Shown piece by piece: positions 21,274-30,334 of a stretch of DNA of 64,000 nucleotides (the first letter of the stretch is position 1; each line of letters begins with the position of its first letter). Source of the DNA: Candidatus Obscuribacterales bacterium (GTDB taxonomy: Bacteria > Cyanobacteriota > Vampirovibrionia > Obscuribacterales > Obscuribacteraceae); NCBI GenBank assembly GCA_965228855.1, contig CBDDIJ010000002.1, positions 1,760,001-1,824,000 of the forward strand, given 5' to 3'. The translations under genes and the position numbers were made by a program. The notes beneath the pieces are model-generated. The model was not told the DNA's origin, ran no database searches, and worked only from the letters and a program-made list of their open reading frames with translations.

Positions 21274-22097
21274 AGTCGACTAATGCCTCGCAGAAATTTT
21301 TAAATGTCTTTATTGTAAGTTCGATCTATTCAATGTGCTGTGCCCCTGCACTGTCACAAATGATGCTTACGGGAGGAATCGAGCATGCTGAAAAACTCAC
21401 TCCTGCTGCGAATGAGTTCGCTCCCGGTAAACCGCTCGCGGACCCGAAGCAAGTTGTGAATAAAACAGCAGGTGAGTGGTACACCATTCCCAATTGGTTG
21501 ACGGGGACTTGGAGCACGATTCAGCAAGTCAAAATCAAGTCCTTCAATGAGGAGACCGGAAATTCCGACGAGAAACCTGTAGTAGAACGTGGTCGAGAGA
21601 AAGAAACTTTCGGCTTTCAGCTGGACAAACAACATAACTATTGGACCAGCGGAAAAAGCGTTGAGCCGATTAAATCCAAGATCGAAAAGTCGATCGTTGA
21701 TGATGACGGCAAAACAAAAATCGTCACGAAGATTGAGTACAAGTTTCGAAGAAATGAGATTGTCTCATGCGAGGGAAACAAGGTTGTTTTGAAAACGACC
21801 GATGTCGTAGTGTCTACGAACCCGGACACCAAGAGAATTGAGGACACGAATCAAGTTGAATCAATTCGGACGTTCGTTCTGATGGACGACAAACTGTTGG
21901 CGGTTCGATCAGATGTCCAGCACTATGATCGCTTGGGCTTCCCGAAGGAGCGCAGCGTTCTCGCGGAGTTTCGAGCGAAGGATGCTGACTTCAAAGTCGT
22001 AAACGAAGTTGATGGCGTTAGTTTGTTTGCGTCATTCAAAGATTTTCTTCAAAAGCATGGCCAGTTAAACCTTGCTCCGGAGAAAGTTAACCAATGA
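21270..22097 (+). CDS. Secreted hypothetical protein
   Basis: GTG at 21270 overlaps the upstream TGA; signal peptide; LTGGIEH and WYTIPNWLTGTW motifs. Confidence 0.7.
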   Translation: MKSTNASQKFLNVFIVSSIYSMCCAPALSQMMLTGGIEHAEKLTPAANEFAPGKPLADPKQVVNKTAGEWYTIPNWLTGTWSTIQQVKIKSFNEETGNSDEKPVVERGREKETFGFQLDKQHNYWTSGKSVEPIKSKIEKSIVDDDGKTKIVTKIEYKFRRNEIVSCEGNKVVLKTTDVVVSTNPDTKRIEDTNQVESIRTFVLMDDKLLAVRSDVQHYDRLGFPKERSVLAEFRAKDADFKVVNEVDGVSLFASFKDFLQKHGQLNLAPEKVNQ

Positions 22098-23086
22098 ATG
22101 TTTTCAAAGTAACTCTAAGTCAAGCAGTGACGCTTGCGGCGTTAACTCTGTTCGTTTTTGGAGGAAGCGCATTTGCGAAGATTGATTCGATTGCCGAAGC
22201 GTATGCCAGCCAGGCAAGTAGAAGTTTGGGGCGCGGAGAAGTCTGGAATGCAATTAGACTTTATCAACAAGCTCTCGAACAGGAAATGAAGGACGACAAC
22301 GACGAGCTCTATATCGCGAAACTTCACAACGATTTGGGTGAATGCTACCGTCGGCTCGCCGATGATAAATATCAAAGGCAGATGTCCGGATTGAGTCCTG
22401 ATGACTGCTTAGCCAATGCCGAAAATTATTTGAAACAAGCGCTTGAGATAAAGGAAGCGACTTCCCGCGATAGAACTGATTTTTTATATATCGCTCTAAG
22501 TTTGGAGAATCTGGCGCTGGTATATTCCGCCCGAAACAATTTGTCCGAGGCAGAGGCGCTTTTGCGGAAAGCGCTGTACATCCGGGAAACCAAAGAGGGG
22601 CCGGATAGTCAAAATAGCGCGAGCACGCATTTGTATCTTGGCGACATTTTGACCAAAAATTCTTATTTCCACGAAGCTGAAAAGAATTACTCCAAAGCGA
22701 TTGCGATATACAGAAAGAAGGAAGCGGCCGATGCGCCGATTGTAGGTGTTTGCAATCAACGGCTGGCAGTGATGTTTTACCAATGGAACAAACTTGCTCG
22801 TGCTGGAGAACAATACGATTTAGCGCTTAACTCATTTAAAAAACATTTGCCATCAACGAGTAGAAATTTAGAGAAATTGAAGGCGGAGTTACCAAACATC
22901 GGGATCGAATCATACGGGCAAGCTCTTCGGGAGCTCAAGCAGAATTCGGATAAGAAGCCGGTGGTTCCTAGGGATGTGCAGATCTCGCTGATGAAGAACA
23001 TTCGAGCAGCTGCTCGCAGAACGGATAAAGCTGAGGACGTGAAGTACTTTGATAAAAAGCTCAGAGAATTGGGAGTTCAAAGCTGA
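22094..23086 (+). CDS. Secreted TPR protein
   Basis: Signal peptide and kinesin-light-chain-like TPRs (SLENLALVY...AEALLRKAL). ATGA overlap with the upstream gene. Confidence 0.85.
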   Translation: MNVFKVTLSQAVTLAALTLFVFGGSAFAKIDSIAEAYASQASRSLGRGEVWNAIRLYQQALEQEMKDDNDELYIAKLHNDLGECYRRLADDKYQRQMSGLSPDDCLANAENYLKQALEIKEATSRDRTDFLYIALSLENLALVYSARNNLSEAEALLRKALYIRETKEGPDSQNSASTHLYLGDILTKNSYFHEAEKNYSKAIAIYRKKEAADAPIVGVCNQRLAVMFYQWNKLARAGEQYDLALNSFKKHLPSTSRNLEKLKAELPNIGIESYGQALRELKQNSDKKPVVPRDVQISLMKNIRAAARRTDKAEDVKYFDKKLRELGVQS

Positions 23087-24027
23087 TGAATGAGCGCGTC
23101 AAAATCTTATTGCTTGTTGGAATGTTGGCAGTTTTTCTTATGGTGCTGTTCCCTCCATGGCAAGGCGCGTCCTACTCGATGATATTTTCGCCACCATCGC
23201 CGAGCAGTGAAATCGATTTCAATCGGCTTGGAATTCAGTTTGTACTGGTTGGTATCGCATGTGGTGCGCTTTGGCTCGCTTTGCCATCTGCGGATAACGG
23301 CTTGAGCGAACCTGATTCGACCGATTCGTCGAAGTCCAAGTTTGGAAAACACAGAGTCTTGATAGTTTCGACGGTCATTATGCTGTCAATCATTCTGCCG
23401 ATCGCATGGGGCTTAGTTCAGGACTATCAAAAACGTGTCGCTGCGGAGAGAGCTGCTAAGGAGGCTCAGCGACGATTCGAACTAGCAGCGCAGCTCGAGA
23501 GGCAGAGGCTAAAACTTTTAGCAGAAGAGGGCTATCGAAGGGACGAAGAAAACCGCCGCATAGCTCAGGCGAAAGTGGAATTTCTAGCCGAGCAGCAAAG
23601 GTTGCGCGAGGAACAAGCACAGGCTGAGGCTCAGGAACGTGAGGCTCAAATGCAGCAGCAAGTAAGAGCTCGCAGAGCCCAACTTGCGAAACTAGCCACG
23701 CCAAAAACGTGGAAAGTTGGTGGGCGGCAGATTGCACGAGTAAAACCGATCTTGCACACCTATTGGAAGGACGGACAACTTTACTATTGTCTGGAATTGA
23801 AGGGTGCGGCTGATGCGCTGGAATATGCGATGAGCACAAATCCTTCTGTGACTGTTTCACTTCAGCAAGCGGGCGGAGTGAGTCAATTTTCCTTCGCCTT
23901 TCCTCTGCATGCGATGGGACAAAAGAGATCGAAATCTGGTGCGATGGTTGGACTAATTAGTGCGCCAGCAAACGCCGTTCTCGCAGAAGAAATTTACAAC
24001 GAAATTCTTCAAGCGAAAATGGACTAA
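23086..24027 (+). CDS. Membrane-anchored coiled-coil hypothetical protein
   Basis: LFPPW N-terminal motif, 3 TM helices, E/R/Q-rich coiled coil; translationally coupled to the upstream gene. Confidence 0.72.
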   Translation: MNERVKILLLVGMLAVFLMVLFPPWQGASYSMIFSPPSPSSEIDFNRLGIQFVLVGIACGALWLALPSADNGLSEPDSTDSSKSKFGKHRVLIVSTVIMLSIILPIAWGLVQDYQKRVAAERAAKEAQRRFELAAQLERQRLKLLAEEGYRRDEENRRIAQAKVEFLAEQQRLREEQAQAEAQEREAQMQQQVRARRAQLAKLATPKTWKVGGRQIARVKPILHTYWKDGQLYYCLELKGAADALEYAMSTNPSVTVSLQQAGGVSQFSFAFPLHAMGQKRSKSGAMVGLISAPANAVLAEEIYNEILQAKMD

Positions 24028-24052
24028 CGCACCCCTTATACACCACACCGTA

Positions 24053-25876
24053 ATGTCAGACGAAAAATCATTTATCGATATATGGAGCTCCAGAAAGCTT
24101 TTGCTGACTTGGAAGTCCATTCGCCGCGATTTAAAATCGGTTGAGGCTCGCGACACTTTGGATTTCTTAGAGTTTGATTTTTTCTTGGATGAAAATATAA
24201 AGGTGTTGCGGAAGTCAATTCTCGCTGGGACCTATCAACCGACCGTACCGAATTTGTTTGAATTAGCAAAGGGCAGAGGGTCGTTTCGCACTATTTCGCT
24301 GCTCATACCGGAGGACATTCTGGTTTTTAAGCACTTAGTTGACCACGTCTACTCAAAAGCTAGTAGAGCTGAGCCGCGAGGAGTGTTCTTTTCGCGGTCA
24401 CAGAAGCCAGTTCCGGTCGGTCCAACGCTGAACTCGTTGAATTCCGTTGAAGCTGTCGCGTATGAGTCCGGCTGGAACTTGTGGGTCCGGTACCAGCAGT
24501 ACCGGACGCGGACCATGATAAATGCCATCCGGCCGATTCTTGTGGTTACAGACATCACAAATTTTTTTGAGTCCATTCAGCATGACATGCTTTTGGAATA
24601 TCTTTCTCCGTTTTCTCTGCCACGAAAGGCTGTTGGATTATTGGGTCGGTTTCTCGAAATCTTTAAACCTGCATGTGGATTTTCCCCAACTCCGAGAGTC
24701 GGCCTGGTTGTTGACCAGCATTACTGCTCCAGGGCGTTGGGTCACATCTTCCTGTTTGAGCATGATCTTCGGCTTTCCAAAGCCGTTGGGCTCGATCATT
24801 ATGTCCGTTGGATGGATGACCAGAATGTTGCCGTCGGATCCTTAACAGAAGCCCGTCGACTAGGGAGGACGCTAACCGAATCATTATCCCAACAACGCCT
24901 CGTATTGAACGCCGCCAAGACAAAATTTTTAAATCCGTCGGAGATAGTTCAACACTTTCATCTCGATGCCAATGACGAACTCGACAAGCTCGATGCTTCG
25001 CTCAAAAGTGGCCAACCAAGCAAAGCCGATAGGTTGCAGCTGTACCTATCCTGGCGGCAAGCTAGGAAATTGAGAGGAATTGGCAATTGGGACAAGGTCG
25101 TAAAAAGATTTTACGGCTATGCTGGAAGATTGCGTATGAGCTTTCTGAGACCTATGGCATTCAATCATTTGGTTCAATTTCCATTGCAAGCAGACCGCAT
25201 CTTTGACTACTTCATAGCGCTTCGAGATTTCGACGGTTTACTGGAATTGATGAGTAACTATGTGTCGACCGGAGAAAGTATCTACGAAAGTGTTGAGACC
25301 GCTTTCTTCGAGATCTTGCTTTGCAATAATATTCCCAATAGTTATCGCTCCATCTACAGGAATTTTGCTCTCCAGTGGCTTCAAAATCCGACCATGGGCT
25401 CTGGTCGACCACACTCGAGGGGCTCAGCGGCGTTATGTCTTTTCTGGCTCGGCGACAAAAGGTCCGCCACCTCAATTCGGAAAGTCCTCTTGCAAAATAT
25501 AAATCTTTATCCAGGCACGACTCTTCGCAGCTTGCTAGCTTCCTACATAGCGTTGGACCCCTCCAAGATCAACGACGGTGTAGCTATCGCGGCAAGTCAT
25601 GGTGGTTCCGAACTCGCCCTACTTGCCAAGTTTGTTCAGCGTTTGCAGAATGACTTGAATGTTTCCTGCTCACTTCCAGCTGTTGATCAACAGTTTCGAT
25701 ATATGAATCAGTCCAAGCTTTACGAAGCTCGAACGTGGATTCGCTTAGAAATTTTGGCATTGGCTGGTTCACCAGACGTGCTCAAATGGCTGCGTCTTCA
25801 AAAGAAAAGGATTTTGAAAAAAACATTAGGCGATTGTGAGATGCGAGTGTTTAAACGGTGGCAAGGGCGCGTGTGA
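24053..25876 (+). CDS. Reverse transcriptase, UG/Abi (defence-associated) type, with long alpha-helical C-terminus
   Basis: RT motifs K..GSFRTI, VVTDITNFFESIQH, GLVVDQHYCSRALGHIFL, YVRWMDD (WMDD at 24809-24820) and LVLNAAKT, then about 300 aa of helical tail. No maturase/HNH domain. Start ATG 24053 gives 607 aa. Confidence 0.9.
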   Translation: MSDEKSFIDIWSSRKLLLTWKSIRRDLKSVEARDTLDFLEFDFFLDENIKVLRKSILAGTYQPTVPNLFELAKGRGSFRTISLLIPEDILVFKHLVDHVYSKASRAEPRGVFFSRSQKPVPVGPTLNSLNSVEAVAYESGWNLWVRYQQYRTRTMINAIRPILVVTDITNFFESIQHDMLLEYLSPFSLPRKAVGLLGRFLEIFKPACGFSPTPRVGLVVDQHYCSRALGHIFLFEHDLRLSKAVGLDHYVRWMDDQNVAVGSLTEARRLGRTLTESLSQQRLVLNAAKTKFLNPSEIVQHFHLDANDELDKLDASLKSGQPSKADRLQLYLSWRQARKLRGIGNWDKVVKRFYGYAGRLRMSFLRPMAFNHLVQFPLQADRIFDYFIALRDFDGLLELMSNYVSTGESIYESVETAFFEILLCNNIPNSYRSIYRNFALQWLQNPTMGSGRPHSRGSAALCLFWLGDKRSATSIRKVLLQNINLYPGTTLRSLLASYIALDPSKINDGVAIAASHGGSELALLAKFVQRLQNDLNVSCSLPAVDQQFRYMNQSKLYEARTWIRLEILALAGSPDVLKWLRLQKKRILKKTLGDCEMRVFKRWQGRV

Positions 25877-25914
25877 GCAATGTTATGCGTTTGCGCTGTG
25901 CTAGTCGAGGGGCT

Positions 25915-26240
25915 CTGGAAGATGACTTTGGTTACACCTATTTGGCAAAGAATTCCAGCACTGACTGTCTCCGCAATGCTAACATGCGAAATGGTACTAA
26001 ATAGGGTGGCATTTCAAAATAGGCGTAAACGGCAGGATACTTCGATTCTGGTGTCGCGATGCGGGGGGCAGAACCAGTCGACCAAAATTCTTTTGATTGA
26101 CAGTGCTCAATCAGCTATTCGATGATAAGAGGCTCGTTTGCTTTTTGCCAAAAATGTGTCTGCGTTAAAATCGCCAACCGCATTGGATAATGGTAATCAG
26201 AGTTTTTTACCCTTGCATAATGGTGCAAGCCCGTGTTTTT
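25915..26240 (+). ncRNA. Candidate structured ncRNA downstream of the RT (strand assumed)
   Basis: Stems found by eye: ctggaa/ttccag 25915-25958; gaaatg/catttc 25988-26015; tcga-ctggt/accag-tcga 26042-26081; tgattga/tcaatca 26094-26113; long-range tttggcaaa 25941-49 / tttgccaaa 26144-52; cttgca/tgcaag 26212-26229. Confidence 0.45.
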
Positions 26241-26320
26241 GAACGCTGAGCCAGCACCTTCTTCGCGCAAATATTGCTGCGACGCCCAATCCTCGTGCTT
26301 TTAAAGTGAGTGTCTCGTCA

Positions 26321-27814
26321 TCACCGCGTGTAGGCCTTCGTGCCGCTAGCAAGATTGTTCGCCGTTGAGCTGCTGCCGTCAGCACCATACCAGGCCGTTC
26401 TCATCAAGTTGGTTGGATTTTTTGTTGAAAAGCTAAAGTGATACTTATACGCCTCGATTGGAAGTACGACGACGGTCCCTTCACCTTTACCCTTTCGCTG
26501 GAAGTGCACGAAACCGCTGACCGAGTTTCCGGGTTTGATTGTGTTGCCTTTCAGTGCCTCACGGATTATTTCTGCGCCGTTCGCTTGAGCGTTTGCTATC
26601 GATGCCTGTGAATTTGCGCGCGTAATCGCAGCTTGCTGAGCCGCACGCGCTTGCGCTGCATAATCAGGCGAGCTGATGGTTGTAGTTCCGCTTCCGTAAT
26701 AGGTTCCGTATCCGCCGCGTCCGTAAAAACTGCCACTGGTGTTTGTGTAGGCGTACGTGTTGACTCTCTGCATGGCGGCGCCAGCTTGCCCCAGTGCACT
26801 GCCGAAGTTCGCCCAAGCGGCTCCCGTTCTAGCGCTTCGCTCGAGCTTATTCGCGATTAGATACGGATCTTCATATTTGAGTTCGCGCTTTGATTTTTTT
26901 CCGACTAAACCAGCGGTGAATTTGCTTGGATCGATTTCGACAGTTTTGTCGCCATCGTTTCGGATCGAAATCAACACTTTTGTTTTGCGGTCGGTGTCGA
27001 AAAGCGATGCCGAAATCCGCAGACTGGCACCACGGATGGTTTCAACGTACACGCCGTCTGTTATATCCTTTTCGCAGTCTGGCTGGTCTTCAAGCCAGAA
27101 GAAAGAATTTGGATTAGGTTTAACTTCCGCAGTCAAATGTCCAGCGATCATTATCGTTGTTGGAGCGACTTCTTGCCGCGCCTCGACTTCCAATTTAAAC
27201 TCAGGCGGAAGCGCAACTTGATCTGCTTTTTCTTGATGAATCTCGCAAACCAAGTTACCTAATTCGTCTTGAACAGGAGGCTTCGCAGAGGACGAAGGGT
27301 TCAGCTCCGTCGGGCTTGCTTTTGCAATTGCAGATGGTGGTATTGTGTCTGGTGGCGTAAGCGAAGTCGCGGACGCGACAGGAACAGCAGCAGTTGTAGC
27401 CGCGCGCCCTGCTGGTGTCGTTGAAGTAGTTTGCAGCTTTGCCAAATTTGCTGCTATTTGTTTGGTTCGCATTCCTAGTGGGTCGTCATCTGGCATTGAG
27501 GCGCTGCACAGAGCTAATGCTTGGACACAAAAGGTGTTGGCCTTCTCCAGCGCGTTCATGCGAATTGCGGTATCGGCGAGATTATTCAGCGCTACGATCT
27601 TTAATCGCTCGCTTTTTCCAGACTCGTCGCACTCTGCTAGCGCGGTTTCAAACATCCTGATCGCGCGATTAAAATTGTTATTGGCTCGTGCCTGAAATCC
27701 TTCTCTTGTTGCCGCATCGTATAGCGACTCGGCCCTGCTGGGCTGCGCGAATGAAGCAGCCGCGAACACTGCTGCGACACTAACAAAGGTTTTTGCACTG
27801 CACTTTCTCAACAT
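26321..27814 (-). CDS. Secreted TPR-containing protein
   Basis: Signal peptide from ATG ~27814, N-terminal TPRs, P/T/A linker, G/Y/T-rich segment. The track ORF extends to 27940. Confidence 0.75.
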   Translation of the reverse strand: MLRKCSAKTFVSVAAVFAAASFAQPSRAESLYDAATREGFQARANNNFNRAIRMFETALAECDESGKSERLKIVALNNLADTAIRMNALEKANTFCVQALALCSASMPDDDPLGMRTKQIAANLAKLQTTSTTPAGRAATTAAVPVASATSLTPPDTIPPSAIAKASPTELNPSSSAKPPVQDELGNLVCEIHQEKADQVALPPEFKLEVEARQEVAPTTIMIAGHLTAEVKPNPNSFFWLEDQPDCEKDITDGVYVETIRGASLRISASLFDTDRKTKVLISIRNDGDKTVEIDPSKFTAGLVGKKSKRELKYEDPYLIANKLERSARTGAAWANFGSALGQAGAAMQRVNTYAYTNTSGSFYGRGGYGTYYGSGTTTISSPDYAAQARAAQQAAITRANSQASIANAQANGAEIIREALKGNTIKPGNSVSGFVHFQRKGKGEGTVVVLPIEAYKYHFSFSTKNPTNLMRTAWYGADGSSSTANNLASGTKAYTR

Positions 27815-28494
27815 AATTTGTACCGATAGATCGACGCGGCAGAAATCGAACAGTTGTGAAGCCCGGCATCGCAAGCCGAGCGCTTTCCGTTTTCGCTGAA
27901 AGAAACTGCGCGACCGGAAAAGGAGTCGATGCGCATACACCGATTATAGGTTTCGCATTGATCTTTCGAGAATAATTTGAATCTAATGAACGTTGCTAGA
28001 CGAAGAACATATTGAGCTCATGCGCTTGGAGTTGCATTGCCTCAATTCGTTGAACAAATTCATCAGCCGTTTGGGTGATATTTATTTGGCGAATTGTATG
28101 TTATTACGTTGAGTTACCGGCAAGTATCACCGGCGTCATACAAACTTTAGAACGAGTATGGAGAGCCGGCTCAGTTGTTCGCCTTGAGGAGACCGACGTA
28201 TTGTTGTGAGTGCTGTGTTCCGCACTTGAGCGCGTGTCGGGCGCTTACTTATGTGCTGATGACAGTTGTTATGCATGCCTCAGAAACTATCGAAATCAAC
28301 ATGTGCATGAACGTCTATGGAGGGGGAATAGTGCATGAGTATCTGTCTAACTTGATTTTCAAATCAAGTAAAGCGGGAACTCCGTTATCAGAGGAGCCAT
28401 TGGTGTTTCTATAGCCTATTAGAAAAAACTAGTAATTGCGCAGATTTGGAACCACACGTTTGAAGCCGTTGGTAAAGGCCAGGAGGGAGAAATT

Positions 28495-30285
28495 TTGTCA
28501 CAAGAAATACCGCAACAACGGGATGGCAAAACTGATACCGATCGATTGCGCGGATTCTGCGAGGAAAATTTCCTTGCTCGTTTACTCTGTGGATACTTTG
28601 GAACACGCACTCGGCGGAGACCGGTTTATGTTGCTACTTTGGAACAGACCATTGCAAGGGCTTGTAAGGAAAAAAATAAGCGACCGCCACGTCACTCCGA
28701 CGTCGTCAAGGCATTAAAAGGAATCGAAAAGATTTCGGCAGAGTCTGGAATTTTTGGAGAGTACGTCGAAGGGCGCCACGGTCACAAGTCGCGATTCGAG
28801 TTTACGGACGAGCTAATTGCGTTTGGTAATTCTCTCGAAAAGGAAGCGATCGACTTTGACTCTGAGCCAGCTGGGATTGTATCGGATGAAGAGGAGTTTG
28901 AACTGAGCGACATCGTCGAGGATGTTGAGGTGGAGCAAAAGTACGCAGGTCAGCAAACGTATCCAGAGCTTGAGACGACGGAAAATGAGCTAGAAGAAAA
29001 CGTTGCTGATGATCGACCCGTAACCAGTCAGCCGAACGATTGGAATGTAGAAACTCTCAGAGGAAAGTTTGATCGCGGATACATCGAATTGCAACCGGAA
29101 TATCAACGTGAATTCGTCTGGGAGTTAAAGCCTGAATTACCTTCCCGTCTAATTGAATCGATTTTACTGGAAATACCAATTCCTCCGATTTACTTCGGAA
29201 AAATTGCGAATGGAAAGCTTGAATTGATCGACGGCCAACAACGTCTGACTACCCTCATCCGTTTCGTGAAAAATGAATTCCAGCTTTCGAAATTGGAACG
29301 TTTAAGCAGTCTTAACGGGAAGATGTTTAGGGACTTGGAAGAGTCCACCCAATCGAAAATTTTGGATACATCAATACGAAGCGTTGTCATCGATACCGGT
29401 ACGAATGACAGTCTTCGCTACGAGATTTTTGAACGATTCAATCGAGGATCGGTTGCGCTGAATCAACAAGAACTTCGAAACTGTGTATACAGAGGAAAAT
29501 TCAATGACTTGCTGCGAAAATTGGTAGAAGATTCGATTTGGAGAAAAGTGAAGGGCACAGACAAGCCAGATCCGCGGTTTATCGAAAGAGAAATGATTCT
29601 CAGACTTTTTGCACTGCATAGCCGGCTCGATTATTTTGCGGGAAATTTGAAACAGTTTTTGAACGACTATATGAAACTGCATGCGCCGAAGGATGAGGAA
29701 ACACTTCTACTTCAAGAAAACATGTTCCACCAAATGATGCAGAATGTCTTTGCAGTTTTTGGCCAAAACTCTGCACGCATATATGTGACAGGAGAGGAAG
29801 GTGGTAAGACGGTCTCTGGAAGCTGGAATCCAAAGTTCTCAATTTCGGCGCTGGACATTCAAGCGTCAGCTCTTTTTGGTCAGCCGCGAGAACGTGTTCA
29901 AGCTGCAGCTGATCAGATTCGCGAAGCGTACATTCTCTTTCTTCTGACAAATGAAAATATCCGTGAAGCTATTTCCGGACACACCGCAAGCACCAAAGCA
30001 ACGAAGTTAAGATGGACAGCCTTTAAAGGACAAGTTGCTGAGATACTTAACGGCACGAAGGTTGAACCCCGCTTCTTCAGCTTCGAATTTAGAAAGGAAC
30101 TCTATGCCAAGGATTCGATGTGTCAGCTGTGTCGAAACCCGATTTACGATTTTGATGAGGCGGCAGTCGATCATATCGTGCCTTACGCGAAATCGGGAAG
30201 GACAATTAGAGAAAACGCGCAGATAGCTCACAGGTGGTGTAATTCGAAAAAATGCAAGAATGATTCAATAAATTTTGAAGCGTAA
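28495..30285 (+). CDS. DUF262 (GmrS-like) + HNH endonuclease with an extra N-terminal domain
   Basis: PEYQREFVW, LIESILLEIPIPPIY, IDGQQRLTT, IFERFNRG; C-terminal CQLC...VDHIVPY..SG....NAQIAHRWCNSKK. Confidence 0.9.
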   Translation: MSQEIPQQRDGKTDTDRLRGFCEENFLARLLCGYFGTRTRRRPVYVATLEQTIARACKEKNKRPPRHSDVVKALKGIEKISAESGIFGEYVEGRHGHKSRFEFTDELIAFGNSLEKEAIDFDSEPAGIVSDEEEFELSDIVEDVEVEQKYAGQQTYPELETTENELEENVADDRPVTSQPNDWNVETLRGKFDRGYIELQPEYQREFVWELKPELPSRLIESILLEIPIPPIYFGKIANGKLELIDGQQRLTTLIRFVKNEFQLSKLERLSSLNGKMFRDLEESTQSKILDTSIRSVVIDTGTNDSLRYEIFERFNRGSVALNQQELRNCVYRGKFNDLLRKLVEDSIWRKVKGTDKPDPRFIEREMILRLFALHSRLDYFAGNLKQFLNDYMKLHAPKDEETLLLQENMFHQMMQNVFAVFGQNSARIYVTGEEGGKTVSGSWNPKFSISALDIQASALFGQPRERVQAAADQIREAYILFLLTNENIREAISGHTASTKATKLRWTAFKGQVAEILNGTKVEPRFFSFEFRKELYAKDSMCQLCRNPIYDFDEAAVDHIVPYAKSGRTIRENAQIAHRWCNSKKCKNDSINFEA

Positions 30286-30334
30286 CGACAAGTAATTGCT
30301 CCAGTCTCAAGATTTCCGATGGTTCATCAAAGAT

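Noticed and set aside
24053..25876. RT as group II intron, retron, DGR or CRISPR-associated RT
   Set aside because: No YADD, maturase or HNH domain; no VTG retron motif or upstream msr-msd space (25 bp); no TR/VR pair or avd seen; no cas genes.
25880..26125. 81-aa ORF after the RT as a partner protein
   Set aside because: No RBS or recognisable motif, and it overlaps the stem-rich region; it cannot be fully excluded.
28175..28717. Short ORFs upstream of and overlapping DUF262
   Set aside because: Atypical composition, no RBS, and overlap with a well-supported gene.
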